A stretch of 63,999 nt of DNA, the filler included, from Catajapyx aquilonaris (taxonomy: Eukaryota), in assembly GCA_000934665.2 (NCBI GenBank). It is 3 parts of 3 records of this genome, joined end to end, with 100 filler letters (N's around TTAATTAATTAA, not from the genome) between each part and the next. Parts side by side here need not be neighbours in the genome. Positions count along the whole stretch, not along the records: positions 43,614 to 63,999 come from JYFJ02006266.1; 2 more parts are not named here. The stretch is one strand, 5' to 3'. The first letter of the stretch is position 1. Each line of letters opens with the position of its first letter. The notes beneath the pieces were generated by a model. It saw only the letters and a program-made list of their open reading frames with translations, ran no database searches and had not been told where the DNA came from. Made by a program: the position numbers and the translations under genes. This document shows, one piece after another, positions 60,801 through 63,999 of this stretch.

Positions 60801-62305
60801 TGGCTGAATTCAGATTGCATTTTTTAAATGAAAAAGGCTTTGCATCTGCTACTAAAACCGCATAGCGAAAACTTTGTGCAAAGGAAGGTCCTATAAACGC
60901 ATGTTGTTTTCCATTTGCTCGATTCCAGCAATGCAGAAGGTGCGCATAATTATGCAGGAATAATTAATTCGTTTTAAAATTATTTCGCAAATTTTGTTCA
61001 ATTACACGAATTATTCTGCCACATAAAATTCAGCCTCTAGTGACGCATAATCACGCATAAAATATTGTCGAACAGATCAGGTAGCAAGGATGAAATTAGA
61101 TAGGACGTTCCAGGGGATCTCATTCCTCAATTTGGCGAAAGTCCATTAGTTGACTGCCATCCTTGGAGGACAGCAAGAAGTTAACAACCTATTAGGTACA
61201 TTAGAGTGGACCGCAACGTGTTGGATAGAAGAGCGAGTGCTGAAGCCATATAAAGGGACGTAAATCACAAGCGCCAGGCCGACAGTCCCCGCTTTTGCAA
61301 GCAAATCCAATTCTCCCTCGGCAAGCTGCATGTTTGCCAAAAGTCTGATTTTCACCGCAACCGTGTCTAATAGTCTTTGCTACGGCCTGCCCAACGGAAG
61401 TCATGTCCAAGAGCTATGGCACTTGTTTTCTGACGCCCGGTTTTTTGCCATCGGACCTCCTATATCGACCTCTTTCATGCCAATGTATACAGGCCAATTT
61501 GTTTCTATGGGAATTTCCGTGTCACTAGGTTCATTTCAATGGCAGGGTTCACTTCAGGTTAATTGTCATTTGTATCAATAGAGCGGTAATAACGAAAGCG
61601 TATTGAAGATTTAAATGTATAACAGAGTAAGGGAACTGTGAAAATAACGCATGCGAAGAATATGCCTTAACATTAATTATTATTCTTCGGGATGTTTTAC
61701 TCCTTTTACGCACTGAAGAGTGCGTATGGTAGCATATTAAGTGTTATGGCATAGAGTAAGACTGTATTTAGCAATAGCATGTATCCTTTTTACCACTTGT
61801 AGAACGTCTCTCGAATACCATTGCGAAATGTCATCTGAAAACCGTTACAGACATAGGCCTCCCTGGCCTACCCTACATTTATATAGATATACACATTAAA
61901 TCATGTGTAACAATAGAATAGGCCTATACTACACTATTGTGTGTGTGAAGTGTCTGACAAGTCTCAGTCCAAAATAATTGGTCCATCCTGGGATATTGAC
62001 TGAGAGTAGTGAGACAAACGTTTCTGACGGTTAGAGGACCATGTCTTTGTGTCTGGTTTCTGGAGGGGTACTGTACGCGCAATGCTTGTAGAAAGGCTAC
62101 CACGACACTGAATGTATGCGGCTGGAGTCTTGATGTTTAAATTTTCATTTCGTGAATAATTTTATTTTCTAATGATTATTATTTTATGATTCGCTGATAT
62201 TAATTTCGAACGATGAAAATGACTCAACTTCATGACTTGTGTTATAAGTTACTCTTCTTACATGCATAACAACTTGTGTTTGATTGTTATTCAGAATAGT
62301 ATAAG

Positions 62306-62827
62306 TTATAGATGGGTCGTTATACGATCGCAACCATCGCGCAGATCACGTGCCGCAGTGGATGCAATCCTGGAATGAAGCGGGATTTGTGCTTAGGCAG
62401 GATATGAGCTGAAAACACGTGGCCCTTATTTCTAACACTGGCCAAGATCCAGGAAGTATGGCCGCCTCCAAGTAGAGCTTTTGGATGATTTCGAGGCAGA
62501 TATCTGCACTTTACCATGGCGGCGTGTCGCAAAGTTGGCTTGGACCCTCCTGAGGAAGTAGGCGATGACCCTCGGAAGAGGAGGACGTTGAGAAGCCAAA
62601 CACGAGAAGTCGTCCATCGGGTGTACATATACTTCAAGAGAGAAAAAGAGGCAGGTGAGCCCCTCTGCGACGTTGCCAGAGCTACCGAAAGAACAGCTGA
62701 GGCCACGGGTGTAAATGGACGCGATTGCATTTCCCGCCGGAAACTTGGCAACGTTGTGGGAAGGGGGTGTGTCCTGCGCGAATGGACGTCCAAAAGCGGT
62801 TGCGATCGTTTATTGACCCATCTATAG
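62306..62827 (+). mobile_element. Internally deleted IS630/Tc1-like element with transposase N-terminus
   Basis: TIR of about 30 bp TATAGATGGGTC..TA.ACGATCGCAACC; ORF LRSQTREVVHRVYIYFKRE...TAEATGV is HTH-like. Confidence 0.7.
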
Positions 62828-63888
62828 TAGTCAATGGATGGACAACTTTATATCGCGCGATGCCATTCCATGAACATGCGACGTCTTTGTTAGTTTGTTT
62901 TCATTGCATTTGAGACTTTTTATTTGGAGTAAAGATGCGTATATGAGACTACTTCAGTCATTGCTAGGATTATTGATCCAAGACGAAAGTCGCCACGGTG
63001 CTGTAACTTTAAAGTCGTCTGGTTAGGGACATTGACACGAATAGGTAACTTAAGAAAGAAATTATTCTGAAATAGGGTCAATTACATTCTTATTTTAAAC
63101 GCCATAGAGAGAAACAAAAACATATACGAACATAATATTATTATGAACTAAATTCAGTAACTGCCGTATTAAACCACAGCACAGGACAATATTCTATCGC
63201 AACATTTTCCCATAGAAGAATCAAAGTATATAGAATTCACCAGGTAGGGCGCTCCGAGCGCTAGCCAATCAGCGAAGACGGGGGTGATGACGCGTCGAGA
63301 AAGCAAAATGTGGCGGGCCCTTTGAATTTCAGGCTCTCCGCATGGGAAAGCTTCGCTCGCGCCTACCCTTCTCGTCCAGAATAGAGTAGACGCTCCCCTC
63401 CCGTTTACGAGCAAGCGCAGAAGTGAAACCACCCGCTCTGAGGGGGGATCACGTGACTTAGGGCAAAAGGGAGGCGGGAAGGCGAAATTAACATGGCGCC
63501 TTATGGGGATTACGACTATCTTTGCGCCGTCACTGTCAGGCGCCTATTGGGACTAAAAATATGCAATGGGTACGAAATGATAGCTCCACTCATGCTCCGT
63601 CTCATGCCGTACATCTCCATCCGAGAGGTTGAGCGGGGGAGGACATAAAATCCTACGCTTTGTCATTGTTTCTCGCCGTAAGTGCAGTTTGTGTCACTAC
63701 ATCACTCAAACAACCACATTAAAATGATCCAAAATTTAATATGCTGTGCAGACAATCTTTCTCTGCATATTTCACCAACTCGAGGTTGATTTAATTATTC
63801 GAAAATAAAAAAGTGAGCATATAAGTGATATCGGGACTTAGGGCAGCTTCAGTTAGGTACTGATTGATCAAAGTTCGTGCAAAACCTA

Positions 63889-63980
63889 TAATAATAATAA
63901 TAATGATGATGATGATGATGATGATGATGATAATAAATAAATAGTAATAGCAGCAGCAATAGTAGCAGTAATAATAATCA
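63889..63980. repeat. (TAA)/(TGA)/(CAG) compound microsatellite
   Basis: Read directly. Confidence 0.85.
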
Positions 63981-63999
63981 TAATTGTGCCTATTATTAT

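Overview
Arthropod-type (probably hexapod) nuclear DNA. Two identical 100-nt six-frame-stop spacers (N44-TTAATTAATTAA-N44 at 21341-21440 and 43514-43613) split the window into three pieces that need not be neighbours in the genome. Piece 1 holds eight internal coding exons of the chromatin remodeller INO80, with introns packed with DNA transposons. Piece 2 holds the 5' part of a possible secreted protein, a complete six-exon beta-ureidopropionase, a tandem gustatory-receptor cluster (two complete genes and one pseudogene) and a BTB-BACK-Kelch gene with one coding exon. Piece 3 holds a frameshifted KLHL10-like kelch gene followed by about 17 kb of repeats and transposon fossils. The most striking structure is INO80 intron 12144-17510: a piggyBac-like shell contains a long hAT foldback, which in turn contains a 1.78-kb Minos-like Tc1 element with 263-bp IR/DR ends, an intron and an ORF kept open by two compensating frameshifts. 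Other highlights are several independent mariner-derived foldbacks built from two 5' ends or two 3' ends, and an apparent recent intron gain in one gustatory receptor. All calls are from reading the sequence by eye; no searches were run.
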